Source of the DNA: Felis catus
Lineage: Eukaryota
NCBI RefSeq assembly: GCF_018350175.1
Contig: NC_058373.1
Location: 5,332,001 to 5,396,000 of the forward strand
Direction: 5' to 3'
DNA: 64,000 bases
Below the pieces are notes generated by a model. The model ran no database searches. It had not been told where the DNA came from and worked only from the letters and a program-made list of their open reading frames with translations. Shown piece by piece: positions 42,426 through 57,052 of this stretch; positions within the stretch are counted from its first letter, which is position 1, and every line of letters starts with the position of its first letter. The position numbers were made by a program, and so were the translations under genes.

Positions 42426-42600
42426 TTTTTTTTTTTTTTTAATGTTTATTTTTGTTTTATTTTGAGACCCAGAATCCGAAGCAGGCTCCAAGCTCTGAGC
42501 TGTCAGCACAGAGCCCAACGTGGGACTCAAACCCACAGACGGCGAGATCATGACCTGAGAAGTCGGGACGCTTAAACCAACTGAGCCACCCAGGTGCTCC
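42426..42600 (-). mobile_element. Can-SINE (CT region deleted)
   Basis: TSD tggtcag(a/c)aagt. Confidence 0.85.
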
Positions 42601-45600
42601 TGGTCAGCAAGTCTTAAAGTGGGATTTTAGCTCCTCTTTGGAGCTTTAGTACCTCATTTTTGGAAACCTCTTGTTTCTTAGCTGTAAGTAACCTTGGTGA
42701 CCTGTTTGGTGTCCCAGTTTCTCTCCTTGATCTCCGGAGGGTTGGGGGTGAGGAGGCCTTCTTGCCTGGGACAATGGTTTTGAAGTCGGAGCTGGCTGGT
42801 AGCCATGTGGTCTCCACCTGCTGGCTCAGCACTGAGGTGGACTCTGCACCCACCCTGAGAGGCAACCCTGGGCTGCACACCTACTTCCTGTTTCCTTGAC
42901 TGCCACCTGGGGCTCTGGCTGCACGTTTCATGGAGGAGACTGGCCAGGCAGGAGTCTGCTGAGGGCCGTACCCTATTCTCAAGACCTCCCCGGAGCTGAC
43001 ATTTTCAGAGAAACCGTCTTTCCAGCAAGCACTGACTCCAGTAGCCAGCAGAACCTTCTCGGGGTGAAGAAAGGAAACCGAGGACAAAGGAGCCAGTGGC
43101 TGAGGCTGCTGGGACAGTGTTCCCCGCATAAGGCCACCTTGGAGTGTGGGCGACGCACGAGGGCGTCCGGCGGGTCACACCCTTCCACCTGTAGCAGCTT
43201 CGGCTTTGGGGAGTGGGGGGCGGCCTCTGCACAGCGCTGACGCCACAAACGGTGGCTCACTTCCTGGTTCCGACCTCACGCATTCGTTCCTTCGCTGAGG
43301 CTGCTTCTGCCCAGACAGACACAGGAGACCGAGGTGTCTGAGGGAGCGCCCCTATCTCCGGAGGTTCCCAGAGCGATGGACACAGCCGCAGGAGCGGGGA
43401 GCTGAGGCGGACAGAGCCGACCCTGACCCCCACCTCCCAGCAGGAACCTGAGGCCTGGAGACGTGTGACCAGCCCAGGGTCCTACGGCAGAGCGGCACCC
43501 TGCACCCAGCCCTTTAAAAATTCTGGGTTGGAACAGGCTCCTTCGCTAATTCCGGCCCCAGGAACGGGCACAGAAAATGCAAGCAGTGTCCTCCTTTTCT
43601 GCCTCCAGCCTTCCCGGATCCCCTGCGGGGAAGGCGGCTGCTTCCACACGGGGGCAATCTCAGGACGACAGGAGCACACAGGCTTTTTTGTGCTCCTGGC
43701 GGCCAAAGAGCCGCTGTCCGCAAAGCTCCTGGGCCCTGGTGGGGCTTCCACGTGCACAGAAGCCACCACGTCCTGGAAGGAAGGTAGGGGACAAATCCGC
43801 CAGAGTCCCACCCTGCTCAGATACAGGAAGTTGTGAGGGCAGGGCCGGAGTCTGGGCTCTACCACCTGCCGCCGTCAGCCCTCTGGAGGACACAAGGATT
43901 GGAATCCGACTCCAGCTGTATACACACCCTCGCTTGGCTCTCCTGCCATGAGGACCCCGAAGAGCTGACAGGTCCTTGCTTACTTTTAAGGACCGGGACC
44001 CCACTTCTTCACAGGAGGAGAACAGACCAGCAAAGCCCACTCTATGCCAAAGGCTGTTCCAGGAATCTGCACGTAACTTAATTCTTTCCTTTAATCCCTC
44101 CGACAGCCCTGAGAGGCAAGCACATGATATTAGAGCTTTTTGTATGCAGAAACCAGAATTCAGAGAGGTTATATAATTGCCCGAATCCACACAGCTAGGA
44201 AGTGGCCGATAAGTAGGGTAACATGCACCCTGGTTTGCCCTGAAGAGTCCCAGTTTACATTTGCTGTCCTGGTGTAATTAAGACCGCTCACTTTCATTCT
44301 GGAAAGTGCTCCAGTTTAGACCATAAACCGTAAGGAATCCAGGTCTGTGCTCTCTTCCCTGGACAATCCAGCCTCCTCTCCCAACCCCGATTTTCCATCC
44401 AAAGCCCCGAGGGCCACCTGCCACCACCTGCTAAGACACCAGGCCCCTGGGGGAGCCTGTGGGCATGGAGCTGCAGAATTATCAGCCAGCACAGCTGACC
44501 TGCGGTTTTTCTCCAGAAGCGAGAAGAGGAAGCAGAGGCCGTGCTCCAGGCCCCCTGGCTCTTCCGAAGAAACGGCGTCTCCTGCGACTTGGAGGTGCTC
44601 CGAGCCCCCGAGGCCCACCTACCCCATGTCTCTCCTCTGAGCAGCTGCCAAAGCGGGCAGCAGCCACGGACGGGTCTCATCCAACCCCGGGCTCCCACCC
44701 TGGCAGAGGCATCTGGGCAAGAGACGGTGGCCTCTGGGCCCCTTGTGAGCATAGGGTGGAGTCCCCAAGAGACTCCGGCAGCCACTTCTCCCTCAGTGCA
44801 GCTGCCACGGCCCCCACATGGCCTCCCAGACGGTCGGAACAAGCCAGCTGTTGGGACACGCTCAGGGGAACCCAGCCCTGACCAGACCCCGCTCGGCGCT
44901 TCAGTCCGTGGGCTCAGCCCTCTCGCGGTGAGGCAAGGCCTCGACGTCTGCAGCTGCGCACTCATTGTCCTGTTCTTTCCGCCTGCCCCCCCCCCCACCA
45001 CTGGCCTTCCTCAGCCAGGCCCGTGCTTCCTGCTGGCTGGAAAGAAAGGCGAGGGAACCAAACCCCACAGTGGTTGGGGTGGCTTCAGGGCCCCTGTCCT
45101 CCTGGTTGTTGGGGGAGGACAGAGGACGGGATAAGGGGGTAGACAGAAGTCCAAACTTGAATCCACAGAATGCTGGGAAGGGGAAGCATCCCTCAGGCAG
45201 GGATGAGGGCCTGAGGCTGGGCCTTTGGTGTCCTCACAGCCTGACTGCGTGGTTCCACCATCCCACACAGGGTTCGGTGGCTGTCAGTGACCATCGGTGA
45301 CTCAGAAGACCTAGACCTACTCAGGATGCTGGAGTTCACCCCAGTGGGCCTCTGCCCCTTTGGGTCCCACACAGAGCCTGGCACACGCACAGGCTGCAAG
45401 CGTCAGCCTGTCCTGGCCCCATGTCCTCAGTCACTGCCAGGAGCCTTGAGGCCCCACAAAGGTCAGGCCCTGGCCTTTTGCCCAGCTCTGGGTCAGAGTG
45501 GTGCACGCAGGTCCCTGCCTCCCACGGGAAAACTCCCTCTATCGGGCAGAACCCAGAGCAGTGAACCCCAAAGTAGAAGGTAGGGGGGTAGCTGCGAACC

Positions 45601-47887
45601 CTGACCCAGCAGACCTTCGCTGATTTAGGAAGGGTCCAAAGAGCCTGCCTCAGACTGAATCCCAGCCGGGAAGGAAGTGTGTCTGAGGAGCCGAGGCCTC
45701 TGGCTGGAGCCCTGCCCGGTCCCAGCACCTTGGGGCCTCCCCAGCGAGGGACCCGGAGCCTCTCGTGACCCTCGGGAGGCTGTAACCCAGCTAACCTCAA
45801 GTCAGAAGCGTGAGTGTCTGCGGCAGCTGTGGTTTGACAGTGCCAGAGAGAAGTCGCCCACGCGAGCCTCACTGTCTGCACGTGTGCAAGGCAAGAACGG
45901 GGACTGTGGTCCGTCTGTCACCACCGGCTCCTCCGGGCCCAGCTGAGCAGCCCTGCTCCTTCCACGCTAGGTGAGTGACCTTTGCAAGCCCCGTGGCCTC
46001 TCTGAGCCTCAGTTTCTCACCTACACAAGAAAGAAAGGGACCGCCTACCTGGTCCCTGCGTCCTAAGGTGGTGGTGGGCACCCCTGTGGTCAGATACTCC
46101 ACAAACACCTGCTGGCGGGAACACAGAGACTCAAGCGTGGCCCCGGCCCTCAGCAGGGTTCAGTCAGTGAGGGACAGATGCTCTCACAGCCCGGGAGGAG
46201 GAGAACAGAAGCAGTATTGGGGCAGCTGGGGGAGCCCCCCCAGGTGAGGCCTAGTCCAGTCCAGGGGACACAAGAAGTGAGGCTCAAGCCCTGAAAAAGA
46301 AGTAGGAATTCAGAACAGGAGAAGGAGGCCCCTGGCGAAAGAGCTTGGAGGTGTGACAGAGTGTAACCTGACAGGGGACCTGCCCAGGCTCAGGACAGGC
46401 TGAGGGAAGCGGAGAAGCCAGCCCGGATGGTTGCCACTGAGGGGCGTGGCCTTGTGCCCAAGGAAGGCACAAGGGGAGGGCTAGGATCTGAGCTGACCAC
46501 AGGGTCGGGAGAGCCTGGACGCCAGGTGAGCTGGACGCCAGCAGACGCACAGTAAGGCTCTGGCTCCAGGGAGAGACTATGGCAGCTTCCAGGGTCACAG
46601 GTCACAGGAGCGATCCCACTGGCCAAGCAGGGGAAATGGGCAGGGAGAGGGGTTGCCGACGTGCTCTGATGACATCCCGGCGAGATGGCACGTCTGTGAT
46701 ATCAACAGTACCTACCACCTGCAGGCTGGAGGTCACTCTGTTGCCCGAAGGGCCAACTGGAGGCCCCTGGAGCAGGCCCCACCTCAGCCCCCTGGACTCC
46801 AGATCTCCCACCATGTGTGGGGTGTGCGTGTGCACGTTCTCTCTCCCACGCTGCCTCCCCCAAGCTTGGCAAGTAATCCTTCAAAGGCCACACACCCCCA
46901 CAGGAAGAAATCCAGCTCTGTGCTAATTTATGTTTTATCGAAGAGCATGTGGTGAATGCCCTGGGCATTGGCCTGGAGAGTCACCCACAGTGGTTGTTGG
47001 GGAACAGATGGGGCCACTGCCTCACGGGGAGTCCCTCCCGTCCCACTGCCCAGCCTGGGGCCACAGGGCCACACCAGCGCAGGGGGCTCAGAAGTCCTCG
47101 TCTTGGAAACAATAGCTCTTTTTTCCTTGAAAGCAGGCTACAGAGCAGCACAGGCTAAAGAGGGGTGCGTGTGTGTAAAAAGTTGCTCATCAAATAGTAA
47201 AAGTGGCCAGATTGAGGTGATTTTTACTTTTCTGACTTGATTGACTTTTACAACAAGCTCTGTATCATTTTTATAATCACATAAAGCAAGGAGACAGCCG
47301 CTCAGCCACCGTGGGGTTCAGCTTTGCTCCAGAAGGGCTATGGGGGAGGACCCCCGTGGATTAAGAACAGGCTCTGGGGCCATGGGCAGCCACCCCCTCC
47401 CAGGGCCAAGCCAGGCCTGCTCGTGCCAGTGGCGTGGGACTTGCATGGGGTGGAGGCTGGAGTGGCCACCTAGCCTCCAGGTCACGGGTCCCAGGCTCTT
47501 GCAGCCCCACGCGGGTCCCCTGTACCCCCTCCTCTGCTCTCTTCCTCACCTTCTGGGAAGGGTGACAGGGCCAAAGAGCCCCCCAGGAACCCACTCCTAA
47601 GCAGAAAGTGACACTTTGCCACCTGACTTCAAGGGGACAAGTGCCCAGGGCTGGGTCACCTGCTTAGGTGACCTCAAGGACCACAGCAGGAACTCCCACT
47701 CAAGGAGCAGGTGCTGCACAGGGGATGGGGGAGGGGGCCCTTGTCAGCCTGCAAGGACCCCTGCCACACAAGTCCCCATCACTTCCAACATAGTCCTTAG
47801 CTTAGCTTGTGCTTGGCCCCAGACAGGGGTTTTGGCCAGAGGACCTGGCACACAGCAGTTGCCTAATAACATTTGTTGGACAGGAGG

Positions 47888-48053
47888 TGGATGGATGGAT
47901 GGATGGATGGATGGGTCATGGGTGGATGAATGAATGGGTAATAGGTAGATGGATAGATGGATGGGTGATGGGTAGATAGGTAGGTGGATGGATGGATGGT
48001 TAGATGATGAGTAGACGGATGGATGGGTTATGGGTAGATAGATGGATGGATGA
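47888..48053. repeat. Degenerate (GGAT)n simple repeat
   Basis: ggatggatggat...ggtagatggat. Confidence 0.9.
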
Positions 48054-48563
48054 AGAGGGCCACTGTAAAGTCACCTGCCTAGACTGCCCTCTTCATGGGA
48101 GGATGGGGTAGGAGAGTGGGGACAGGGGCCTAGGGCTTGCTGAACCTTAGACTCCCACAGTCCAGTTGGCAGTTCCGGGCCTGTGGAGCACAGTGGCAGA
48201 CCAGTCCCTAAAGGCTTCTTCCCTCACCACTTCTGGATTCACCAAGACAAGTAGAAGCTGGCTTTGGTTTTCACTTAGGTTCCCTTTTGTGTGTGTTTAC
48301 TGACGTTTTTGGTTGTTAGTGTGTTATTCTCAAAGAGCTAGCCGATTTCCCCATTTATTGATTTGGCGATGCATCATTCACCATGTGCTAAGATTTGTAC
48401 GATCACCAGTGTCTGTTTCTAGCCCCGGTGTATCTGGTGTCACTCACGTGTGGGGCAGGCTTCAGGGAACGACCAAGATGCATAGAGGGGTTGGAATTCA
48501 AATTTCAGTCATTCCTACTGGTGTCGGGCTCCACCTTCCAGCTGAGAAGGCAGAGGCTTAGGC

Positions 48564-48718
48564 CAGTGGTTCTCAACAGCTCCAGCATCATTGGAGGGCC
48601 AGTTAAATCTGTTTCTCATTCAGAAGATCTGGGGTCCGAGGGTCTGCAGTCCTCTCAAGCTCCCCACCGTAAGGCCAATGTTGCCAGTCACCCCCAGCCC
48701 ACATTTTGAGAACCACTG
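48564..48718. mobile_element. MER5A-like hAT MITE
   Basis: Perfect TIRs cagtggttctcaa (48564-48576) and ttgagaaccactg (48706-48718). Confidence 0.75.
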
Positions 48719-48934
48719 GCCTCAGGTAGAGGAGACGGTGCCCTGAGGTCAGCCCTCAGGGTGGATACAGACCTCAGCTGCTGGGAATTTTAGCTCTGGG
48801 CCTTGGGCAAGGCATTCTCCTCTCTTTCTCTCTTGGTTTCCCGTGATGGCTAGGCTACCTCCATCCATGTTGTTGGACGTGCCTGTTGGGTGGGTCAGAA
48901 CCGTCTGGAGGGTGTTTAAGAAGGTGGCAGTGGA

Positions 48935-49150
48935 GGGGTGCCTGGGTGGCTCCGTCAGTAGAGTGTCCAACTTTGGCTCAAGTCATGATCTCACAGTTTG
49001 TGAGTTCGAGCCCCGTGTCAGGCTCTGTGCTGACAGCTCAGAGCCTATAGCCTGCTTCGGGTTCTGTGTCTTCCTCTCTCTCTGCTCCTCCCCCACTCAT
49101 GCTCTGTCTCTCTCTCTCAAAAATAAATAAACATTAAAAAAATTTTTTTA
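48935..49150 (+). mobile_element. Can-SINE
   Basis: TSD aaggtg(g/a)cagtgga. Confidence 0.9.
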
Positions 49151-50269
49151 AAAAGGTGACAGTGGAACAGCCTTGTTTGGTGGGAGCCCTTTGTAGACAG
49201 GGGTCTGGTGTCACAGGAGCCAAGGCTCTACAGCCCCTTCTGGCACCGAGGGACACCCTAAAGAGTGACTCGGCAGCAAGGAAGCAGGACGGCCATTCTC
49301 TGTAGGCACTTTGCAGGGTATACTGAGGGCAAAGGAAACCCCCTTAGAAATTGTGGAAACAAGTGTGAGCTGACATTTCCCAGGCCTTGCCGGCCTGTGG
49401 GGTCAAATGGAATCACGTTACCACCCAAAATTGCCTGAGAGTGGAGTTCTGTCTCCTGGCCAGGCCAGGCAAATGCCACTTCATGATACGGTCCACTGGG
49501 GACTCAGACAAGGGAGCTGGGGCACCAGTGTGTTACAGAGGCCTTCCGGAAAAACACCATTTCGGTGTTGACTTGAAGCCTGCTCTCTGCCCAAACCCAA
49601 CAGGATCCAGCCGAGCTGGAAACAAAATAGGCTCAGAACAGAATGGGGCCCGGCCTCCCCTGGTGGTGAGTCTCATCAGCCCGTGGGAAGGAAGACTGTC
49701 AAATGGCTGCTGGGTCAGGGTACTTGAGGTCAGAGGCCAGTCAGGTCAACTTATTGTGTGACCTTGAGTCATTTACTTAGCTTTCCTTCGCCTCAGAGCG
49801 CTCCTAATAGCATAACTCTGTGGGACTGAGCGTGAGAAGGACTTCACAAGATAATGCATGAGCCACCCGCAGCACGGTGCCTGGCACCCACTGAACATGG
49901 GCGTCGTCACCCTGGCGTAGACCCTCTCTGCGTATTTGTCGTCTGTGGTGTATATTTGTGCCAAAGTTGACTGCAGAATAATCCAGACATCATTCTCACT
50001 CAGTGGGCTCGGCCACTTTCAACCTGATCCTTTCATAAAATCGTTCTTTCAAACCAAGCTGCCTCCTTGAAGTATGGCCTCACCCAGCTATCCAGCCATC
50101 AGAAGCATCCAGATTCTGGGGTCCTGGAGATTGGCAGACAGCACCCCGTAACAGAGGAGGCCTTAATCCAGACCAGGAACCCCTGGAGAACCCAAGGAGA
50201 GGTCAGAGGGTGTATAATCTCCTAAATTATAAGAGGGTTTTGTTTTGTGTTTTTAAATATTCATTTATG

Positions 50270-50480
50270 TATGTACGTACGTATTTATTTATTTAGAGAA
50301 AGAGTGTGCAGGCACATGCAAGTGGGGCAGGGGCAGAGAGCCAGGGAGAGAGAATCCCAACAGGCTCCACACTATCAGCGCAGAGCCCGACTTGGGACTT
50401 GAACTCACGAACTGTGAGATCATGACCTGAGCCAAAACCAAGAGTTGGTCATTTAACCAACTGAGCCACCCAGGCGCCCC
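50270..50480 (-). mobile_element. Can-SINE
   Basis: Reverse head ...ccacccaggcgcccc. Confidence 0.88.
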
Positions 50481-53400
50481 TCCCAAATGGTCAGGTTTAC
50501 GTTTGTAAGTCGGTGCAGATTTCTGGGAAAGAGACCACAACTTTCATCAGGTTGTCAAAGGGGCCAGCACCCCTGATTGGTTAAGAGACCCGCTTCAGAG
50601 AGGCTGAAGTCCTTGCCAGCACCCCGCCCCCCACCCTCCTTGCCTGGACAGGATAGCCACTCCTCGGGACACACAGGGATCAAGGCCCCGGGGCAGAGAT
50701 GGGAGCAGCTCAGCCCAGCCTCTCCTTCCTAGAGAGTCAGGCTTTCTCCAAAGGGGGAGGAGGGCTCACTCGCCACAGTAAGATGGTGAGAGGAAATTCG
50801 GAGTGTAAAATCCCAGGCAAAACTGGGGGACGATGGCTGGGGGTCACAAGAGGCGTGTGCGGCCTTGTCCGGGAGGTGGGGCCCCGTCACAGACCCGGCA
50901 GATGAATAGCACAGTGGGATGGCCGGGCAGCCTCGGAGCCAGCCGGACGTGGAGGGATGATGGGAGTCTGGGTCGAAGCTCAGACAAAAGTGGTTGGAGG
51001 ACTTTCTGAATGGGCTGGGTCCGGGCCCTGCACTCATCAGCCACACGAGCCCTTACCTTCTCGTTTCCTGGGGGCCAGAATCCCAGTGGTAGCTGCCTGG
51101 CCCATCTTCCTCTTGGGGTTGCTGTGAAGAGTCAGGAAGCCCACGAATGGGGGTGATGTGTTCGGCCCGGGGCCCCTGAGTTTGAATCCAGAGCCGGCCC
51201 TCCCTCCCGGGGTTCCCCTGTGTCCCCTGCCGTGTACACCCTCAGCGCTGATTCACACACTGCCCGGGACGCACCTGGGGGCCGCTGTCGGCCCCCTTCT
51301 GGTGAGGGGGCTGGGACTGAGCAGTAGAAGGGACGGTGGCAACGGTGGGGGTTGGGAGAGGGGGAGGGGAATCGAGCAGGAAAAGATCAGAAGCTCCCCC
51401 AGAGAGAAACGAAATTGCAGCCCTGTGGCGAACGGTGAGATTCCTTTTCCTCATCACCTCACCGAAAAACTCCAATGAAGTATTTCTTGTTACCTTGTGG
51501 AATAGATCTATTTTGGGCTCAGTGGCTCCGTTACCCGAGCGCCTTGCTTCCCGTGTGCCTTTGCAGGAATTAATCCCTGCCACAAGCCCATGGAGAGCGT
51601 CCTGTTCTTTTCCCAAGCCAGCTGAGTCGCGAAGGGCCGTGGAAGGAGTAAGGGGGCGGCCCCGGGATTCTCCTCAGGCTGCCTGATGTCACCAGGCTGG
51701 TGGGGCCTGATGAGAACAGAGCCGGGGGCCAGCCGTACCCAGTATTCGCCGAGTGGCTCACCCCAGCTGCCCTGGCCCTCTGGCCGGAGGGTGAAGCCGC
51801 ACTGCCCAGTCATGGCCCTAACTGCTCTGACAGCCCTTCCCCTGGCAGATGGAGGAACCCTCTCAGAAAGGCCTGACCCGAGCCCTCTCCAGCACTAGTC
51901 CCAGATTCCCAGATTCCCCGCCTTTTCTGTTGCTGCTTCTTCACCAGGCCCGCTGCACCTGCTGCCTGGCCCTAGGTCATCACCGGGCCCTCAGCTCAGC
52001 TGCCAGAGCAGTGGGTGGATGGGGTGGATGGCGGGGGCAGGCACGAGAGGAAGTGGGGCCACTCCTTCTGGGAGGGTTGGGATTTGATAATGTGCCTCCT
52101 GGGGCGACCACCCACCGCCAGGGAAACTCATGCCCAAAGTTTCCCAGAGCAGGGCCACGATCATTTCCTCTCTTTGAGGCCAGTACATGGGAAGGGGGTC
52201 CCTCCTGCCGCGGACAAAGGCCTTCCTGCCCTCAGAGGTGGGCTACCTGATCCCCAGGCCCCAGGTCTGGGGTTGGCATTTCTACTTCTTCAAACCTGCC
52301 TGTTGCTAACTTGCTGTATGACCTTGGGCAAGTCACTTCCCCTCTCTGGGCCTCAGAGGCCTCAGCAATAGAATGAGTGATCCAATTTGCCCACCCACTT
52401 CGACATTCTAAAACCGGGAAACATTCAGACCCACGTGATTTCACATAATCAGAGCCGTCTTCCTTTAATTTGACCAAGATGCAAATGGCCCTGGTAGATG
52501 ACTCAGCAGGTCTTACCCCCAGGCCTAGACACCTTCATCCCTCTGCCTGGGGAGGGAGAGGTCCCACCCAGACCCAGGGAATCAGCTTCTCTAAGCCTCG
52601 GCAGCAGGACCTGGAGCCTGGCATGTTTAGGAGGCGGCCCAGGAGGGCAGGCTGAGGGGAGAGCTTGGGCTCCCCTCCCCCATACGGACAACTAACAATG
52701 ACAGTTTATGAAAACAATGACCCACAAACCAAGAAGAGTCTCCGGCTGCCTCCTCCAGGACCTTCCACTGCGGGAGAAGGGCACACCCCCGGCTGGGTGC
52801 AGAGTGTTGGGGGGGCGGCAGGAAAGACCAGCCCCTGCCTGCACACTCGGGCTGCCCAGAAGGCGGCTGAACACCACGAAGGCCACGAAGCCCTCGCGGC
52901 CGTCCCGGCGGGGACACAGGCTGGTTCCCGTAGGACACAGGACTTGGGACTTGCTCTAGTTAACCATGCAGATGAAAAGAACTTGCAAGGCCACCCTGCC
53001 AACTGCCAGGAAAGGGAAGGAAATCACATGAGGGTGCAAAGCCCAGAGAGAGCAGGGGCCCAGGATCAAAGGCAGCTGCCACGAAGCCAATAGCCCCAGG
53101 CTGGAGGAAAGTGCATGAGCATATGAATCAGATGGAAGAATAGACAGTCAAGGAACAACATCAGGGCTTGCAAAGCAAGCTCAAGACCAGAAGACCGACC
53201 GACATGGAGAACCTGAACAGGACCCCTGCACATCTAGAAACCAAGTCATGACGTAGCACGCACATCTGAAAAGCAAACAGCACGGAGAAAAAGTCAAGAT
53301 CATCACAGTGAAGTCAGAGAAAAAGGACAAACCCCAACAATTAGAGATTGGAGCCCAGACCTTCCAGCATAGAGGGATCGGGGTCCTTGAAGTGGATTAT

Positions 53401-54635
53401 CCAACAGCAATGCAGAAGAATGTTTAGACATTGAGGGGACACAAGAGGGATGCGGTATGATCAGCATCAGGAACATGCTGACTCGGGCCGAGTTAATGGA
53501 CTCTAAGGATAAAGGAAACAACTGTTCAGGTGCCCAGAAGGAAAAACCAAGTCACGAACAAGGGGAGAAAAAAGTCAAGCTGGCCTCACATTTTTCCACA
53601 GCAACATTCAATACGAGAAGACAGGGGAACTTAGTCTTCAAAGTGGGGGGGGGGGGCGGAGGGGGGCCGAGAATATTACGCCCAGTGAGGTTGTTCAGAT
53701 TTATAGGCAACACGGAAAGGATCAGGGGAAAACGGCACCCTCGGGCTGCCTTTGGAAAAAAAAAAAATTACTCACCAATGAAATCTAGCTGAGAGTTAAA
53801 AGGGTCAATGTTTTTGAAGGCAAAATCATGCCTCTGATACAGTATAAAATGAGCACCTGTCAAAAATTGTATTTAACTCATTAAATAATTAGGGAACAAG
53901 CAATATGTTCCAACTGGTTTAAAGGAAAATTAGAACACCCCCGAAATGAATTTACAGACGGGTGCAAAACTGATCAGTAGCCACAGGGCATCAATCAATT
54001 GCATTCCTCCAGACAAAATGCATTTGCGTTTCTAGGAACCAGAATGATTTGCATTTTCTACCACCCAGATTTGCTCAGAGGTGACGAAATACAGGACCCC
54101 CGGGGGTGAGTGGCTTTCAAAGTCTCTCTCAATTTCTCTTGGTACAACTAAGAGATGACTCCAGGTGCAAAATCCAGGGACATAATATGCTTTAAAAAAA
54201 AAAAAAAAAAGGAAAGGAATCTATTGAAATGCAGGACTGAGATGAAATACTAGGAGAATTATGGTTGCAGAACAGAATTTAAGTGTTAGAAACCTTGACA
54301 AAAGGCAAATATTAGGATCAAAGTCAGGAACCCAGGCAAGATGCGTGAGGGAAGTGATCGCCTTTTGCATCCCAAGGAATGATTGAGCCTGCCCAAGTGA
54401 AGCATTTATTATTTTTTCCCCAAGACTCCAATCTCTTGATGAATTTCATAATCTTTTCTCTTAACAGGAGAGAAGTTCATTATGAACCAATATCTCTGTG
54501 GAAACTAAAAACTTATCTAAGATTCAGCAATTTTTTAGCTTTTTTTTTTTTTTCTGCTCAACTCAAGTAAAATTGCTTTTAGTTTTAAATCTAACATGTA
54601 TGGTACAATCCCATCTTTTAAAATTATTTAGACCA

Positions 54636-54885
54636 GGAGCTCCTGGGTGGCTCAGTGGGTTGAGGGTCTGACTTGGGCTCAGGTCATGATCTCACGGTTC
54701 GTGGGTTCAAGTGCCACATCAGGCTCTGTGCTGACAGCTCAGAGCCTGGAGCCTGCTTCAGATTTTGTGACTCCCTCTCTCTCTGCCCCTCCCCCACTCA
54801 CGTTTTCTCTCTCTCTCCCTCTCCCTCCCTCCCTCCCTCTCTCTTTCTCTATCTCTCAAAATAAGTAAACATTAATTTTTGTTTA
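54636..54885 (+). mobile_element. Can-SINE
   Basis: TSD aattattt(a/g)gacc. Confidence 0.88.
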
Positions 54886-56627
54886 ATTATTTGGACCTAT
54901 TTACCTGTCTACCTAAATTCTTTATGTCTCCAAAGTTCTCTGTAGATGACATTTCCCCAGATGTCAACACTGGATGATGAGCCATATTAAGCATCTGCTT
55001 TGTGCGGGGGGGGGGGGGGGGGAGTTCTAGGTGATGGGAATACAGCAGAGAACAGAACAGGTAAAGACCCTTCCATCAGGAAGCTGGCCTTCTAATGGGG
55101 GTGGGGCGGGGGGCGTTGCTTCCTTCCGTGTGCTTTTCTGTATTGCTTGTTTTGTTTGACAACGAGCATGTATTATTTTTATAAAAGCAGCGGTCATTAC
55201 CTTCACACACACACACACTTCAGATGATTCTTCTAGACAGCCAGAGTTGAGGACTGCTACATTTCATTTGAGCCATTGACACTCTAGTGTGAATTACATT
55301 TTCAGGAAGACAGTGTGAGGACCCTGAGGCTCTGCGGGTCCCAACCCAAGCAGCTAAATCCTCGGAAAAACTGAAGAGGTGAGCTGCTCCCCAAGGAATT
55401 CAGCCTCTCTGGCCTGGAAGAACCATTGAGCTTGTCTCCCAAGCCCCCCTTGCCAGGGGTTCCTGTCCCTGTCCTAGGATCCTAAGCCAGTGAAACAGAT
55501 GCGTGTTCTAACTGGCACTGGACCCAGGCAGCTGGGGGCCCAGCCCAGCCTTGACGAGTGTCTGGGACAAGCCTGACAGCCAAGGCTCTCCTCCTTCCCG
55601 ACTTGGGAGCCCCATCTGACTCCAGTACCCTCATCTGCTCTCACTTCTTGGGTGGAGCCCTGACTCCTGCCCTTTTCCATTTGCACCCTTACTTTAGCCC
55701 CACTGGCCTAAGCTCCCCTTCCCCACACCCCCGGGCCTTTGCACATGCTTTCTCCTCCACCAGAATCCCTTTCCCACCTGCCTTCCCTTGCCCCAGATCC
55801 CAGGTCTCTCCCCTGGAAGCCTTCCTGACATACTCCCAAGCCCAGAGGGCAGGCACCTGCCACCGGCTATGAGCTCCCCACAGGCCAGCAAGCATGGCTC
55901 TACTCGTTCCTGTGGCCTAGTGACCACATAGAGTCACGGTCAAGTCTTCCTCTTGAGGTCATTGAAAGGAGTAAAAAGTGCACATTTCTATTTTAAGGTT
56001 TGTTAAAAGAATGAGTGTGAAGGAGGAGGGGGAAGTGAAAGGGGGAATCATCAAGTCAGTAAGGGAAGGGAAGTAATAGGAAATGGGGAGAAAGGTCTCA
56101 CTTTCCTGGAGCCAGCTGAAGGTCTGTGGGGGCTGCAGGGTCAGACAGGGCTGAGTCCCAGCAGGAGCTGCCCTCTCGGCCCCCCACACCCCCCAGGGCC
56201 TCGGGAGGCACCGCCACCCAGTGTCCCCCGTTCCCACAGAGCCCCCCAGATCACGCTCTGCTCGCAGGGCAAGTGAGCGCGTCTCCAGGGCAAGTCCCAG
56301 CACCAGTGGTGAACTGAGGTCACCCCACCGCTAGCAGTGCTGGGGGGGGACCTCAGGGCAGGCAAGGATGAGGGCTGTGGCTGTCACCACCGTGTGGCCT
56401 GACGTGCCTCCTCCGCCTCAGAAGTAGTGGCGTGAACTCTTCCTCTCAGGGGCGTGTCGTCTGCTGTGGGGGCGACCTGGGGAGCCCAGCCCAACACCCG
56501 AAACACTCACAGAGCATGTGACAGGCAGGGCACATCTCCTGCCAGCAGACGACTCGCAGCGCCTCCCTGAGCCCGGCCCTTACCCTGTCTGCACCCCTGT
56601 CTTTCCCACTAGGCAAAATTTAACTTT

Positions 56628-56644
56628 GTTAAATGCTTATTTAT

Positions 56645-56692
<48 letters not shown>

Positions 56693-57052
56693 GAGCGGGG
56701 GAGGGGCAGAGAGAGAAGGAGTCAGAGGATCCAAAGCAGGCTCCTTGCTGAAGGCAGACAGCCCAATGTGGGGCTCCAACTCAGGAATCGCGAGACCAGG
56801 ACCCGAGTTGAAGTCGGACGCTTAATTGACTGAGCCACCCAGGCGCCCCATATTCACCATTTTTTAAGTTTATTTATTTTGAGAGAGAGAGAGAGAGAGC
56901 ATGGGGGAGGGGGAGGGGGGGGCAGGGAGAGAGCATCCCAAGCAGACTCCACTCTGTCAGCGCAGGGCTCCATCTCACAAACAGTGACGTCATGACCTGA
57001 GCCTAGATGGAGTCGAGTCAGAGGCCTAACTGACTCAGCCACCAGATGTCCC
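56628..57052 (-). mobile_element. Two adjacent Can-SINEs (about 56628-56849 and 56860-57052)
   Basis: Two reverse heads, each with a (GA)n tract. Confidence 0.85.

Noticed and set aside
51406-51415. ISRE-like GAAACGAAAT, and CTCF-like CCACCTGCTGG near 42814
   Set aside because: Isolated short motifs expected by chance in 64 kb.
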